Assembly: GCA_000934665.2 (NCBI GenBank)
Contig: KZ538720.1
Location: 1 to 51,726 of the forward strand
Length of the DNA stretch: 51,726 nt
Reading direction: 5' to 3'
From: Catajapyx aquilonaris
Taxonomy: Eukaryota
Part shown: positions 1 through 15,100 of the stretch, in pieces
How the letters are laid out: every line of letters starts with the position of its first letter
How positions within the stretch are numbered: the first letter of the stretch is position 1
Notes under the pieces: generated by a model
Told to the model about the DNA's origin: nothing
Databases searched by the model: none
Seen by the model: the letters and a program-made list of their open reading frames with translations, nothing else
Made by a program: the position numbers and the translations under genes

Positions 1-727
1 ATCGGATGCGTATGTTTCCCTGATTTTAGCCCTTCTTATTAACATTCCAATTCTAGACTCTCATTTGATTAGCAAGTCGCTTCATTTCCACCTTAAATAG
101 CAGGATGAAGAGTGTAAATTATCATCCACCTCACTTGTGTCCTATGGAAAAACCACTTACCTGTGTTTCTGAAAGTAATGGATGGACTTATGGTTGCATA
201 ATTATGTAAACTACCCTTATGGAATCACTTTAAATTTAACATGGTAACGTCTACACAAAGTACTCCAACTGGCATGTACAGTGCATAATAGTTCATGTTT
301 TTGGCACCTTTTATGAAAGTCCTGGCTCCCCAAGTGAGAAACAATGGAGCGTAGGCGAAAGTTTAAGTAAAATGTGAAGCTCAATCACTTTATGAGTGCC
401 TCAGGTGGTTAGTATAATGAAAACCCTACCTAAAACGAAGTCTGGGATTAACACCCACTGCAAAAAATTCAAATGCAAGAATATCTTTGGGAATGATCTC
501 AGAACCCTTCCATCTGCAAGTGCATGTGTTACTGCTATCCCACTTGATCTATTCATAAACAAGAGAAAAATCAGGAAAGAAAAACAATTAATAGAAATCT
601 GCAAGCTGAGAGGACTCATTCATAACTAGTGCCACCATCTAGTGTATAACCTATAGTAGGCCTACAGTAATCTTTGGACAGTGAGGGGATTTTAGTGCCG
701 AGGTGGCAGAAACACTGCTTCCTTGTT

Positions 728-1015
728 ACCGAAGCAGTGGTGGTGGAGGGGATATGGTATCCGACTGCTAATCGGGAGGTCCTGGGTTCGAATCCCGGTG
801 CCGGCAACCCTAACCGTGGTTTTTTGTGGTTTCCCACGGTTCCTCCAGGAGAATTCCGGAGTTGTTTCCTAAACTAATAGGCCACAGCCGCCTCCTTCCT
901 TTCCTATCCTATCCCAAAAAGCGCAGTAAAAAACGAAACGAAGAGTTCCAGTCAAAAAATATATATATATCCCTCCTAAAGAGACGCCGGCTGATAACGG
1001 GGTATGAATTATTAT
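728..1015 (+). mobile_element. tRNA-derived SINE, family A
   Basis: tRNA-Ser(GCT)-like loop gactgctaatc, B-box ggttcgaatcc, Lm1-like core (gtggtttccc..ggccacagccg), TSD aacactgcttcctt at 711 and 1016. Confidence 0.88.
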
Positions 1016-1313
1016 AACACTGCTTCCTTTTTAACATGTCAATTCTCAAACAGGGTGCCACCATATTGTTGTAATTGTGATATCAACTCTCCTCTTCAGC
1101 TCAATCACCACCCAAAGCTGGGAGGGTTGGAGAAGATAGCTGACATCATGCATGACATCAAACCAGAAAAGAACACCCCCTTGCAACAATTTATATTTCA
1201 ACCTATTTAGTGTTATGCATCAGTAATCTCCAGAAAATCTAACTTCAATTGGGCCCCTAGTGTTGTTCTGTTGTCAGCCATTAAATGTAATGTGAGTTCC
1301 AAAAATACTTTAC

Positions 1314-1441
1314 CTGTAAAATCTGCCCTACCATCCTCTCCCAGGAATTTGAAATATACTGTATATCAACAAGTTCAGAATTCCAATCATCAAATTCTTT
1401 GGCAAGATCCTCCTCCACTTTTATGCTGTCTGATATTTGAA
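1314..1441 (-). CDS. Hydin: Hydin exon (QISDSIKVEEDLAKEFDDWNSELVDIQYISNSWERMVGQILQ)
   Basis: ttgcag acceptor, gtaaag donor; resembles LAQKFKTYELTLKDVQNILMYWDRKQG. Confidence 0.88.
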
Positions 1442-4400
1442 CTGCAATGGGTAGAATGGTAATTTAAATACATCCCCTTCTCTTTGATCAAAGAAGATGT
1501 GTATTTTCATTAGAAAGCACTCCAGATTGATTCTCACCAGAACCACCATCTTCTTTTCTCATCGCCTTGCTTTTAATTTTTGCAGCAATGGCATCTGCCA
1601 GGTTGGAATCACTTTCCATGAGCTTGGGAAGGGTTGCCTTAGTTTTTGGGCTTTCTGTGACAGCAAGATTCTTTGCAGTAACACTATGTTTCTTCTTTTG
1701 TTGCTGTTGTGTCTGCGCCTGCTTCTTGGCCTATAAGAGAAAAGATAATATAAACCCCAAATTTTAGAATTAATGACACAATAACGGTGCAGTAATATTT
1801 TGAAGGTTGAATGTATTTTAAATAATAATCACTGCTTTCACTACATAACAATACCCTGTGATTCTGAAGAATGGATGTAACAACAAATGAAAGGCAGCAT
1901 ATTTCCACTATCACTTCACGATTATTATTTTTTGTTAAAATGGATACCTCGAGATAGACCTACTTGGGCCTTTTAGGGCAGGGGTGGGCAACCTTTTTTC
2001 TCCTTGGGCCGCATAACGATTTTAAAAAATGTGACAGGCTGCATCTAACAAAAGAAATTGCCACATAAAAAAGTTTACAATTATACAGGGTGATCCAACT
2101 TTATGGCACCAGTAGTTATTGGAAAAATCGCGCAAGCTGCTTGCTTATAAGCAGGTCGTTGCTAAGAGATGCTTTCTGGCTCTTTCTGCAGAATCGGGAA
2201 TAGCACCTGCTGATATTAGGTCCAACGCCCATGTAACAATATTAATGAGGGAAAAAAGGGTCATCCGTGGGAAACAGGCCTGTTCTGGTGTTCGCTGGAG
2301 GGTTTCACATGAGGTCACTAGCTGCCAAACCAGAGGCCTAATCCGTCGGAACTGGACAGACCCGGGTGTGTCAATAAATAGGCCTTCTGGTCTGTTCATT
2401 GTTGGCCGCAGTTGGTGCAACTGAGGCAGCGTTGTTTAGTTACCAGTATAAATAAATAGTTCTTGTAGAGTCAGGACCAGGACATGCCTTATTCAGGGGG
2501 CCTGTTCGAGGGGCGCCCAAGGGCTTCCAGGGTTCTAACAGTACAGTCCGCATTGGGCATTCTCTCATTAATTGGTAGACATGTATGGGCATTGGACCTA
2601 ATATCAGCAGGTGCTAAGACTGGTAACTAAACAACGCTGCCTGTTGACCTGTCCCAGTTGCGCCAACTGCGGCCAACAATGAACAGACCAGAAGGCCTAT
2701 TTATTGACACACCCGGGTAGTTCCGACGGATTAGGCCTCTGGTTTGGCAGCTAGTGACCTCATGTGAAACCCTCCAGCGAACACCAGAACAGGCCTGTTT
2801 CCCACGGATGACCCTTTTTTCCCTCATTAATATTGTTACATGGGCATTGGACCTAATATCAGCAGGTGCTATTCCCGATTCTCCAGAAAGAGCCAGAAAG
2901 CATCTCTTAGCAACGACCTGCTTATAAACAAGCAGCTTGCGCGATTTTTCCAATAACTACTGGTGCCATAAAGTTGGATCGCCCTGTATATCCATAGTTT
3001 TAAATGAATTTCCATTAATTGCATAAATTATCATTAAATTCTCTGAAAATCGATAAAATTAGCTAAATATATCAATGAAAATGTCCTGTATAAATTTAAA
3101 AACAATATTTTTGTCGATTTAAAAAAAATTTAAAAAAAGGCACAGGCATAAAATGTTACAATATTAATTTTTCAAAATCTTCAGGAATTCCGACATTTTT
3201 GCGCGGGCCGCACAAATTGTCTTCGTGGGTCGAATGTGGCCTGCGGGCCGTAGGTTGCCCACCCCTGTTTTAGGGGATCATCTTTTCAATAACCGAATAT
3301 AATCATTTCCTGTGCTGTGATGGTATGATTGTGGGAGGAAATGGAAGTGCCCCAAGATAACTAATGTGAAAACAGAGAGAACCCATTGAAACTATTTTCA
3401 TAAAAGTATCCTCTGTCCAACCCAGCAGATATCAAACTCGGTACCTCAGAGGTGGCAGACTCTGGGGCTATAACTTCTTGCCACACTAACTTGACTATTA
3501 TTTTGTAAAATATTTTAATTACCAGCTGATGAGAGAAGTCAGGGGTCACAATTTGATGATATTGTTATTATTAGATATTGTATGTAGCCTACCTAGTAGT
3601 TTTATTATGTAATATTACATTTTCAAAACATTTTATACAATGCCTGAGTCCACCAGCATGAAAGAATGACTGACTGAGATGGTAGGTGAAGATGCAATAT
3701 ATTGAAATTTTATGAGTGACCTCAGGTGGTTAGTATAATCTAATGGAAACCCCATCCAAAGCATGATATGATGCAACTCTGCACTACATCAAATGGGAGA
3801 ATACCTCAACTTGGGATTGAACTCAGGACCTTTCTCCATGCTGACATTCCCACTACAATATGTCAGAGCCAATTAATACATTGAGAAGAGTGAATTAAAT
3901 TTTCTTGTGGCAACTTACAACCTTGCTGACATTTACACAAATACAAAAAAAATGGATATGGTCAGGCATCATTGATTTTTCCATTTGAGATGCAACAATT
4001 GAGAATATTTCTTGGTAACTTTCATGTAAGTAGAGGCCTATTTCATATAGGGTAGATATTCGCACTAATGTAGAAAAATACCTTTTGCATCATTTCCTCC
4101 ATCACTTTTTCCTCCTGTCGCCTCCTCCTCTCCTCTTTTACTCTCAGAAGTCTGTCTTTCTTCGTAAGCAGTAGCATAGTGTTTAGCATGTCCCTGCTGT
4201 CAACTGACAATAGTTCGTACTCTTGTTCGTCCACATATGGGAGACTCTGAATCCTCTCATGAGTGGCATATTCTAATGTCTGTAACTGTGCAGCCTCATT
4301 CAGAAGCAATAATTTGTGATTATCCAGGTCATTGCTGGTCAGAATGAGGTGTATATGCTCCTTAGGACCTACAACCCCCAAAAGCACTTGGAGGACTTCT

Positions 4401-7400
4401 GAGCATGAACTGCAATAGGGTGACTTCAGGGTCTCAAACACTACGCCATTCTGGCAATCAGGCTTCTGGAACCTAAAAGATTAAAAGGAACAATTTTGAA
4501 CAGAATGGGATCCTAGCCTATACATTTTGAAACGCCATGCAAAAAATTGTCATTATTTTTAAATGAATCTTTGTTGTTTTTTGTTTGAAGAAATACATAT
4601 TAGTTTTCGACCTGCGATCAATCAGAGATCATATTCATTATACAGTATCGTATTGCCCTCTGACGTCACACTAGTGGTGCAGAGGCAGGAACACACCCGG
4701 ACTGCTTTGTTCCATTGTTTGTTTTCTTTGTTGGCGCGCCTAACAACTGAATCGAACGACTGCCAGTCAATGGTCTGATTACGTCACCTGGAAGGAGGCA
4801 GGAGTATGAATGCGCTCTTTAGGTCACACCTCATTTTTTCCAACCACTTTGAGAGTGACTTTTAAACACGCGATAATTTATCAAGGATTGACATTTTGAT
4901 GCTGAAAAGTGGCGGAACGCGCATTTATAGGTATGGTTGAGCTATACTAGGGGCAAGATGGCTCATGCCTTTGGGGAGGTGGCTTGTGACCTTGGCAACC
5001 ATAATTAGCCCTGCCCCCTGCTGAGTTTTTTGTATGGAATTTAGAACGATTGATGGGGTAATATCTCCCCCCTGGCCCTGCTGGGTTACCAATGTGTTAG
5101 TGTAAACAAACTCATCCCATTCTTGAGGTTTTAGAACATAATGCCCACCTCCTTTGAAATCGAATCCTGATTGGTCGACAGGTAGGGGGTGGGGTTAATT
5201 ATTTGGTTGCCAAGGTCACAAGCCACCTCCCCAAATGCATGAGTTATCTTGCCCCTGGTATACTTGTGTACAAATTTCCCAAATCCAAGACCAAGGCTAT
5301 TATATGACCCCATTAATACATCGGCAGACTCAGCAACAAAACCATGCAGGAAAATAGGAATTGGAGTCATTTTAGATTTTACAGTACTGTACACTACTCC
5401 CACTGGTGCAATTGACATAAAAATTGCACCAAAAAATAGTTGATGATCTGGCGCAAGGCACCTAGTTCGTCTTTTTTTTCCATTTTCGGCCTAGAAATGA
5501 CCTATTCATCGAGTTGAAATGAGAGGAAAATGGCGTTCCTGAAAAGCCCATTTGAATGAAGGCCCATAAACACAGGCAGTCGATGGTTTTGGTCTTTGGT
5601 CGCGTTGACGACGCAGACCAATCATGACTCATGTAAACAAGCTCAACACTTGTGTTGTGCTTTGTTGATTGGTCCGCGGCGTCAACACGACCAAAGACCA
5701 ACACCGTCAACCGCCTGTGTGTATGGGCCTTAACGTGGCGGCAGGAAACGCGACAAAGTCGGGCACGCTTCTGTGCTCATATGTCCACAATTTTAATGCA
5801 ATCACATCAAGTATGGTATCATTGTAAAGGCCAAACCTTTGTGCAGGGCACCTAATGTATGGAAAATGAGAGGACGATCTGACGTCATCAAGGTTTCCAT
5901 GGAAATACCCTCACAGAACAATATGAGTAAACAGTGTCATCAAAAAGGAACAATGGAAGAAACGTTGACATCAAATCGTTCTCACATTTTCCGTACATTA
6001 GTTCATGTTTTCCCAGATTAACGACGAGTTATGTGACAAAAAGATAAAGTTCCCGACGAAATGCGCCTACTGTATTTTTGCTACTGCGGCACCTTAACTG
6101 GGAGTGCATATGAGCCCCATTCTTCCATAACCTGACAAATCCATATTACAAATAAAATGGGTTACGGCTGGCAATGTGTTCTTCTAGGTGTGTTCAATCA
6201 CGGCACCACAGACTATACAGGGTGGTCACAGTAACTCTGGCAAAAATCACAGGGTGGGTAGAGGCCCCATAGGCAAGTATTTTGAGCTTAGGTACCCATG
6301 TCCAGAAATGCCTCTGTATGCGGGTACGGCCGTTTCCACCTTTAGTATGTTGCGCCTGGTTGGTAGGCAACCCATCGTACTCGAAGGGTGCGTTCATCAG
6401 GCATTCATCAGGTTTTGCACTTGTCACTCTCAATTGTTTCACCTTCGTCTCCTCCACACGCGACACAGCTGATGAATGCAAGCTTCCAGTACGATGGGTT
6501 TCCTACCCACCAGGCGTAACAGACCAAAGGTGGAAACGGCCGTACCCCCGTACGGGGGCATTTCCGGACATGGGTACGGTACCTAAGCACAAAATATTTG
6601 CCTATGGGGCCTCTACCCACCCTGTGATTTTTGCCAGAGTTACCGTGACCACCCTGTATAACAAACATCAACAATTGCATTGCAGGTGAATCTCCCATTA
6701 AAATTTTAACACCCAGTATGTTCGTGGCAATGTGACTCCTTTCCATTTTTGATCCCCACTGTGATGTGTAATTTTGGTCCTTCTAAGGCCTGGTTGGACC
6801 AGGGAAAGATTCAGGTTCAGGGATGTCCTGCTCATGACTGCTATGGACATTTCAATTGGAACACGCTATAAAAAAGATGTAATAATGCAACAAACCTTTC
6901 ATTGAGGAGGTCAGCAAGAACATTAACAGGAATATTTGTCGAGTCAGTTGTCGTAGGAATATTAGGGCCCTTGGCCTTGGGACCCTTTTTATCTGCAGCT
7001 TTTTCCTGCTTGGACCCAATGCTGCCACGGAGCTGCTTTTCACTGGTAGCTTCAATAATCATGATAACATGATAATTAGCATCAATAATCCAGATTTCAA
7101 ATAACATTCATAAAAATGAGGGATGTGGTGGAAAAACAAGGTAACTGACATTTTTGTCATTTTTTTACCTAAACACCTAGCAACTATGTATAAGACATGA
7201 CTAACAGTTTGGTATACTCCAAGTTCATGTATCATGCACGAGACGGCCACACTGACTAGATCCAAACCAGCATTCCATATGATTTGTTAGGAAAATGCAA
7301 ACTTCAATTCGCTCTCCTGAAAAATTACACCTTTGTCAGTTATCATGTTTTTCCACCACACCCCTCAAATTACCTAGAGTTCTAGACAATGAAACATATA

Positions 7401-7837
7401 TCCAGTGTTTCACTAGATTTACGCTAAAATGTCCCCTAGAACTGCCATGCTCTTCAAACCTGTAATTATTTCATCTTACCAACAATGTATTACATTAACA
7501 AGATTCATTTACTCACTAATAAATAGTCATCTCATTGCAACACAAGTAATGGAAAAAGATAGCTTAGTGCTAGTCAATGTCAATGCTTACAAGTTGATTC
7601 AAAGCATAATATTTCACAAACATTTTCAAATCAAAATGGTTGTATCAAAATGAGCATAAACCTTTGGGCACACTATGTCACTTATATTAACAAGCAAAAT
7701 CAGTTGATACAAATTGTCTTCAACTGTACAGTACCCTGTCTGAGAATGTCAAACTCCATCTAGTTTCTAGCAAGTGGAAATTGCAGTAAAAGAGTGTTCT
7801 GTGGCTGTTGTACTAATACTGCACTACAGTATAATAA

Positions 7838-7899
<62 letters not shown>

Positions 7900-9055
7900 A
7901 TAATAATAATAATAATAATCTAAGAATCACAAATTAGAATTTTATGAAAAATTAACGAAGCTGTTTTTAAAATGTAGCAGTCGAAATAAAAACATATTTC
8001 TCGATGGCCTCATCCCATCCCGCAGACCCCTGCATTCATTATCATGGATATCAGGGCGACACGGTGGTGTAGTTGTTAGCACTGCAGCCTTCCACCTCTG
8101 AGGTCCCGAGTTCAATCCTTGGGTCAGACGGAGGATACTTACCTGGATATAGTTTTGATGGGTTCTCTCTGTGTTTGCGTGGGTTTTCTCAGGGTTCTCC
8201 CATTTCCTCCCACAATCAAAATCCATCACACTGCAGTGTGTACAAACGCGGGATTTCTTGGACAAAAATGGAAAAGCCAAATTGGTCAAATCTTGTCAAA
8301 TTTACCCCAATGTATGAAAGTAATGTTTGAACAATAATAAAAATCACTTTGGTAGGTTCAATTGAGATGGGATTTATACCAGGCAGGTACTCAAGTCGAG
8401 TGTTCACCTGCCACCTTTTTGTGTCTATTCAGTCGTCTTAAAATGGTCATGGAAGAAAGGTCACCGCATTTCCACATTCAGGCTGATCCGGATTTTAAGC
8501 TGTGCATAAAATACTTCTGGATAAGTACTACTTACTCCCATATAGAAATTTGAATGGGACCTTGAAATATCGGTGCCAGGCACTCCTTTGTTGAGGCCTC
8601 CATCGCAGGTATTTGTCATGTTATTGATTTGATTTCAAAGACGAAAAGTAAGGGATTTCACAATATTTCACTTCCACTCACACATTAAACGAAAGACTAG
8701 ACTCCCCAGTTATAGACTTACTTCATTTATTCCCCCTAATGCCCCATTTTTCTAAAAGGAGGTCACATTTGTCAGGGTAGCAGTATGCTGCCCCAACAAA
8801 AGGTGCAATAATTATGTACACTTAAAACAAAGTGAATCTGTAACTGGGGAATCTAGTCGTTCGTTTGGTGTGTCATTCAAAGTCAAATTCTCTACTTTCT
8901 GTCTTAAAAATCAGAGGACAGTCATGACCCCATCGTGACAAATACGCATGGAGTGGGAGCCATTGTCCAAGCTTTCATGCGTTTGGCCACACTGTGCAGC
9001 GCAGCCAATGATTAAAGTTGGTTCACGACCCCAAGGAGGCCTATCACGGGGTATC

Positions 9056-9144
<89 letters not shown>

Positions 9145-12100
9145 TACTAGCAGGTTACCCAGCGTTGCCCGGGTGCGTATGTTGGGGTGCTAGTAAAGGT
9201 AGGGATACATATACAGTATATGTTTTCATAGTAGAACCATATTTTATCAAAATTTGTTTTGGAATTATTCAGGCTATTTATATCATTCATAACTTCAATG
9301 TCCTGCATGAGGGTACACTGGTTTTCTAGGTGTAAACTTAGAGTAAACCAGGAACTCCAAAGTCATTACTGGATTTCTTTTGCTCCCTCTAGCTAATGTC
9401 TCTGTGTCACTCACTCTCATAAGGATTGGACCTGAAGAAATCTTGAGCTAAGTTACATTTTGAAATATTTTGTGGCTTTTCTGCAACTCGGATATCCACC
9501 ATATTTGTTCTACTAGTAGATGAGAGATTCAGATTTTTACCTTATTCATTCATTGACTTATGCATAACGGTATTCTAGTAGCCTATGGTTTACTGGTTCT
9601 TTTGCATCTGAATGGACCTAGTATAATAGGTGCAAAATTCTTATTTGAGGACTTGAATTTCCCTAAAATGTATCATGCACAGTGTTGCAAGGAAGTCCTC
9701 AAGTATTTATTCAAGAATCACAGACTGTGATTTTCGTAAGTTACAAAGTATAATATGCAGTATTTTTTAAAAGGTACAAAGTATCATATGCAGTGATTTT
9801 TAAAGGGTACAAAATAATGATGTAAAGTTGTAAACTACTGTTGTCATTACTATAGTTATAATAACAATGGCTACAAAAGTTATGTCATTTGTACCTTATA
9901 AAAATATGAGCAAAAATGTTGCATAACCACAAATTTGACAATAGATATTCTGCTGTACTCACTGGCACGGGATGCCTTAACCACCACATGTGTCTCTGAA
10001 GGACTTCCAGAAATGATTCCTCTGGCTGTGGTAGCTGCTTCGCTTGTACTATTTTGGACAATTTCCTCTATTATGCTGTCCAGGTCCAACAAGGGAAGGT
10101 TGAACTTTTTAGAAGCAGCAGATGCTATAAAGCTGTAATCTGAATGCACAAAAACAAGATGCATTCAGGACATAATTATAATAATATTTTATTAGGCCCA
10201 TGTGCATAATAACTGAAAACCATGGGGTTCAGGAACCCTGGATAGGCCTCATGTCAGGGTTGAACCAAGGTCAATGTAACTTAAACAAAAAACAAAACAA
10301 AACAAAACAAAAACAAAAAAAAACAAAACAAAAACAAAAAAAACAAAACAGGTTGGGCTACTCTACTCCAATGGTGGAACCAGAAGCCCTAGTCCCTAGT
10401 GGCACTCCGTGGCAAGAAACAGCATTGTATACCTCCATGGGGTGTTGAGATCCCTCAGACCTATCTCTATAAGGGTCTACTCAGGATGTGAATCTAGTGC
10501 AGTATGTAATGATGTAATGTGTTCAAACTCATATCCTCCCATTGTATTATCCCATTTGAGGCTGTATAACTAGTTTTTCAAAATCAGTTTTACTTCCATA
10601 AATATAAATTTTAGTGAGCAAAAAGCAATATTCTAAAAGTCATCTACGTACCATTACTTGAATAATAAAAAATTACCAAATGTTTCTAGTGCATCCTATG
10701 GTAACTTCAAATTGAATTAATTTAAAAAGTTCAACAAGTATCATATTATACTGGCAATACAGAGGACAAAACTGAGTTTCATATTTTCATAGTACACAAT
10801 AATTATGAACAACTTCCACTAAACATTGTGATCGTAATAGCAAAAATCGATCCTTACAGAGATCCTTTCTCATAATTATCAAGAAAGGGGAAATACCTCC
10901 AACAGAGATGAAATGAATGAAATATTTAAGTAAATATTCAATTCAGATTAGAAAACCCTGTCCTTACTTGAATTAGGTGCTCCATGACAAATTATGACTG
11001 TCCCAGGCTGTAGATAATGCGTGAAAGTTTGAGGTAAACTTGACAGGGTAAAAAGCAGCATATCTCTCAAGGGATCCACATTACCACTCGGAAGTTGGCC
11101 TGCACTTCTTAAATACTCTATGTACCCTGTGACAGAAAAAAGATTTCGCAATGTACACAGGGATCAGAGCAGCACTAAAAATGAAATCAACAGCAACAGG
11201 TAAATATAAAGACTAAATATGATGCAAACCAATTTCTCACAAAAAACACACCTAATTATGTTTATGCATGATTATGACCAAATCAACAAAATGAGCAAGT
11301 AAAATTACATGAGAGTATTAGCACATCCCAAAAATAAAGATATTTTAGTAAAGAGAGTTTTTATCCCCTACACTCCCAGCCATCTAAAATCTAGGTGATG
11401 AAACTCGACTGCAGAGTACCAGCTATACCACCATCACCTAGATTTTCATGCTCTACAGTCTACACCAGCGTTTCTCAACCAGGGTTCTGCGAGAAATCGC
11501 CAGGGGTTCCACGAGAATAGGCTAATCATATTATGAAGAGGTATTTTTGAGTCATAAATTAATATTTATGTACACGGCTTGGACAAAATAATAGGGATAC
11601 TTGCGAAAAGCGATTGAAAGTTCCCGGTTTTATTAGAAAACTGGGAATGTTACGAAGATAACTTTTATGGAATTTTGAAGCTATGTCGATGTACATTTGT
11701 TTAGGTCTGCATATGGTGCAAAAATCACAAGAGGAGGATCACAAGAGGGGGGAAACGAAAGTCGAATGACACCTCCTCAGCCACAGTTTTCGACCAGAGT
11801 GCATCCATTTGAAAGCGAAGAGAGTTACAGATATGAACTGTGTTTTAAGCTGTCACTTTGGTATAGAGATGGGCCAAAAAGCTACAAGAGTAAAATCTGC
11901 ACACCTCTACAAAATAATATGTACTACATCAACAGAACTTCAAAACTCAGTAAAAGCCATCTTTGTAACTCGTATTTCAGTTCTGGTTTTACAATAAAAC
12001 AGATACGAACTTTCAACCAAAAAGGTCAAATTAATTTTTTTTGGTATGGTATATTTGGCAAGTAGCAGATGGCAGAAGGAAATTAAAGATTTTCTTTGGT

Positions 12101-15100
12101 TCTGCATTATTTATGGATGAGCTAATTCCGCATTTTGTGGACAGTTTCATTAATCAGTAAGCAGTTGTGTGTATTATATGGCATGCATATGGAAAGCAGA
12201 AAATTTTGTGCATTCGTCGCGATTTGGCTATAATAGACCTAGGTTTTAACAGACTTTTTCTCGCAGTCCCTTGAAGTCTGGTATATCCACATTCAACTGT
12301 ATAACTTAAATGAAAATGCTTGATGGAATATCATAATCTACACTCACATTATTGATTTGTTTCACACAGCTCAAGTGGTGCATCTTGGACTACCATTGTT
12401 GTAGTCTACCACCCTTACATTAATATGCATTTTGATACCCTCTGGGGGGGGGGGGGGNNNNNTAGACAAGAGCCCAGCCACTGACCAAAAGATAAAAGTT
12501 TAGGCTAGGTTGTCAATGCAAGAAACAAAATCTGGTCCAGAGGTATAAAATAAGACTTAATTCGAATGGTGATTGTGTGCAGTGGTCAGTAGAGGTATAT
12601 GCCACCATTCAACAATACAGTTTTTGGGTGAATTCATTTTCACTTTTATACTGCATAGACATGAGGGCCTTGACATCTACAGGTACGAATAATATATTGT
12701 TGGTTCCAAGCACCTCACAGGTAAGTGAAACTGGCTGTGACGTGTTTGGAACTTTAAAATTTTGATAGTTCAATATAATCTTTACAACACCAGATAACTG
12801 AAAGCATGGATACCACAGTACCATGAATGTGGTAGGCTACCAATAACAGGGCTGATTGTGCACTTTTTGCAACAAAAATTTCAGTCAATTGACAGAAATT
12901 GGTCCATTACAGATTTCCCATATTTCCGATATTACGTACAAACTTGCTTGTTATAACGAAATAAGTTCCTAATATAAATTTTAAAGTTTCCTATCTGCAA
13001 TGTTCAATTATTAGTTATTTATGTCATTTGAATCAATAACAGCTGCCTAGGTAAAAAATTTTAAATCAAATAATCTGTTTAAAAAACATTTCCACTAGAA
13101 ACATCCTGATGCTAGCAATTTAGGCATCGGAACTTGCCAAAGGTAATCATTATACAGTAGTCTTTGGAAAAAAGACAGGATAATTCTGGGTGAAATCTTT
13201 CATGACAGCTAGAGCACATGCACAATGTATTTATAAGTATTGAGAAATACCACTTGCCGGTAGGACTTGTAGTTACTGAGAGTTTGAAAAATTATACATG
13301 GACTCACCAAGAACAAGAACAGCTTGCTCATCCGGATCAGTTGGAAAAATTGTTTCCTCCTTCTGGTGTGACTCTTTTTCAGCAGTGGCTTTCCCCTTCT
13401 TCTTGGCTGATGATGTTGCTGATGGTGTTGGTGTTGGCTTATTTCGGGACTCTAAAAATAGAATAACTTATAGGCCTAGGTTGTTTCATGAAAAATTGAA
13501 ATAACTATCATTCTGAATCATATAGAGACTTGTTAGCCAATCTTGCAACTGGTTTTGTCTTGGAAGCATATGGTTAGGCCGCCAGATGGTTACACAGTTT
13601 ATGGCCTGCCCAGGTAGCAGGGGCTTTGTTAAATTGCCAACATTGGTGATCCCTGGTAGTCAGTATAGGTCTATGAGTCTGTACTCTGTAGTGGTTTGAT
13701 TGATTTGTGCTTTAAGTTGCTTACTTCTAAGCAATTACTTTAGATTACATATTTTTATTGCTTATTAAAACACTAACTGCTAAGAGTAGCCTAAACTCAA
13801 ATTAATTATTATCCATCAATGCTCTGAATTACAAAGACTTTCCTATTGGGAGAAGTCCTTTGCACCAACTAGAATCATATGTACTGTATCTATGGCTGAA
13901 CGAATTTTTTGCAAGTGAAATTCCCTTGCTGGAGTTTGGAGATTGACCTCGTATCTTTGCAACACAGCCTGTTGCAATGGAAACTCCATTGTCGGGGGAT
14001 AGTGCGGAACCAAGGGAAGCACATCGAGCATAATCGCTGGTGGCGACGAGGCTTTACGTAAGGTAAATCGACCATTTCAAATCGGTCACATAGAAGTGAA
14101 ACAACCTTCTGTACTCTACAAATTTCCAATTTATTTTCAGTGTTAAATATGATTATTTCTTAAATTTGACAACTTAAAGACTATGGGTTGAATTTTTGTC
14201 TGACTTCTAGTTACTGCTAACTATGCTGTACCAGCGCCAACACTGGTACTGTTAAGTTAGCAGTAACTAGAAGTGGGACGAAAATTCCACCTGATTTCAT
14301 TAACTGGCTAATTTTTCATTGTGTTTGTCAGTTCCTTATAGGATATTCTAAGCCTGTGTGCAAGAGTACAACAGAGTGTAACTAACCCTTACGAGAAGTT
14401 CCTGAGTCTCTCTTAATTGGATCCTCCTTCACACGTGGACTAATGTCTGACTGGCTGGGAACATATTGATGCTGTCTATTCTTCACTTCATTCAAAAAGT
14501 GATAATAGAAGTGGGTGACTGGTTCTGGGAGCTTTTCCCCAGCACCTCTCGTGGGCATGAGGACCACTGACTGGCCATAATATTCACACAAGCAACTCAT
14601 CAAGCGCTCCTCTTCCTTGTACTGTCTGGAATTAAATAATTCAATAATAACACTAACAATTATATAACTAACTCATATTTATAAAGATCTGACATGTTTA
14701 AGAATGATACCGACAAACTTTCAGGGTGATCCCACACAAGCTGGAGATTCATCTTAGGTGAAGCGGGTGTGTGTGTGTGTGTGTGTGTGTACAGGTCTTC
14801 AATTAGCTCTGGGGACGGAAGTTTGTGTGTTTTTTTGCTTTTACTGTAGCTGTGGGGAACGTCTGTCCCTACAATTCTATTGTGGGGACATTTTCCGGTC
14901 CCCACTCATGCACACACAGGATGTGTACTATTACAGTGGGGACGTGTTTTAATTAGTGGGAACATGTCCCCACTATTTTCATGCGTAGGGTTTCACAAAA
15001 GTCCATTTTTCTCAGCCTAGGTTACTTAGGGTAGGATAGGTTAGGTAGGGTAGGGTAGGGTAGGGTAGGGTAGGGTAGGTTAGGTTAGGTTAGTTTACAT

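Noticed and set aside
1..620. Next downstream Hydin exon
   Set aside because: Splice-like sites exist near 141-170 and 598, but no open frame resembles Hydin.
728..805. tRNA-Ser-like gene
   Set aside because: No acceptor stem or long variable arm; it runs into a SINE body with a TSD and is multi-copy.
2119..2953. Duplicated mirror ORFs (also 6188-6746, 24554-25140, 34901-35307)
   Set aside because: Artefacts of palindromic MITE arms with no recognisable protein motifs.
4585..4630. Hammerhead-like string on the minus strand (ctgattgatcgcaggtcgaaaac)
   Set aside because: The CUGANGA core is broken and no stem I or III pairing can be drawn. Other ctgatga/ctgaaga hits I checked also lack the stems.
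8948..9329. Poly-Y and poly-I ORFs
   Set aside because: Translation of an (ATT)n microsatellite.
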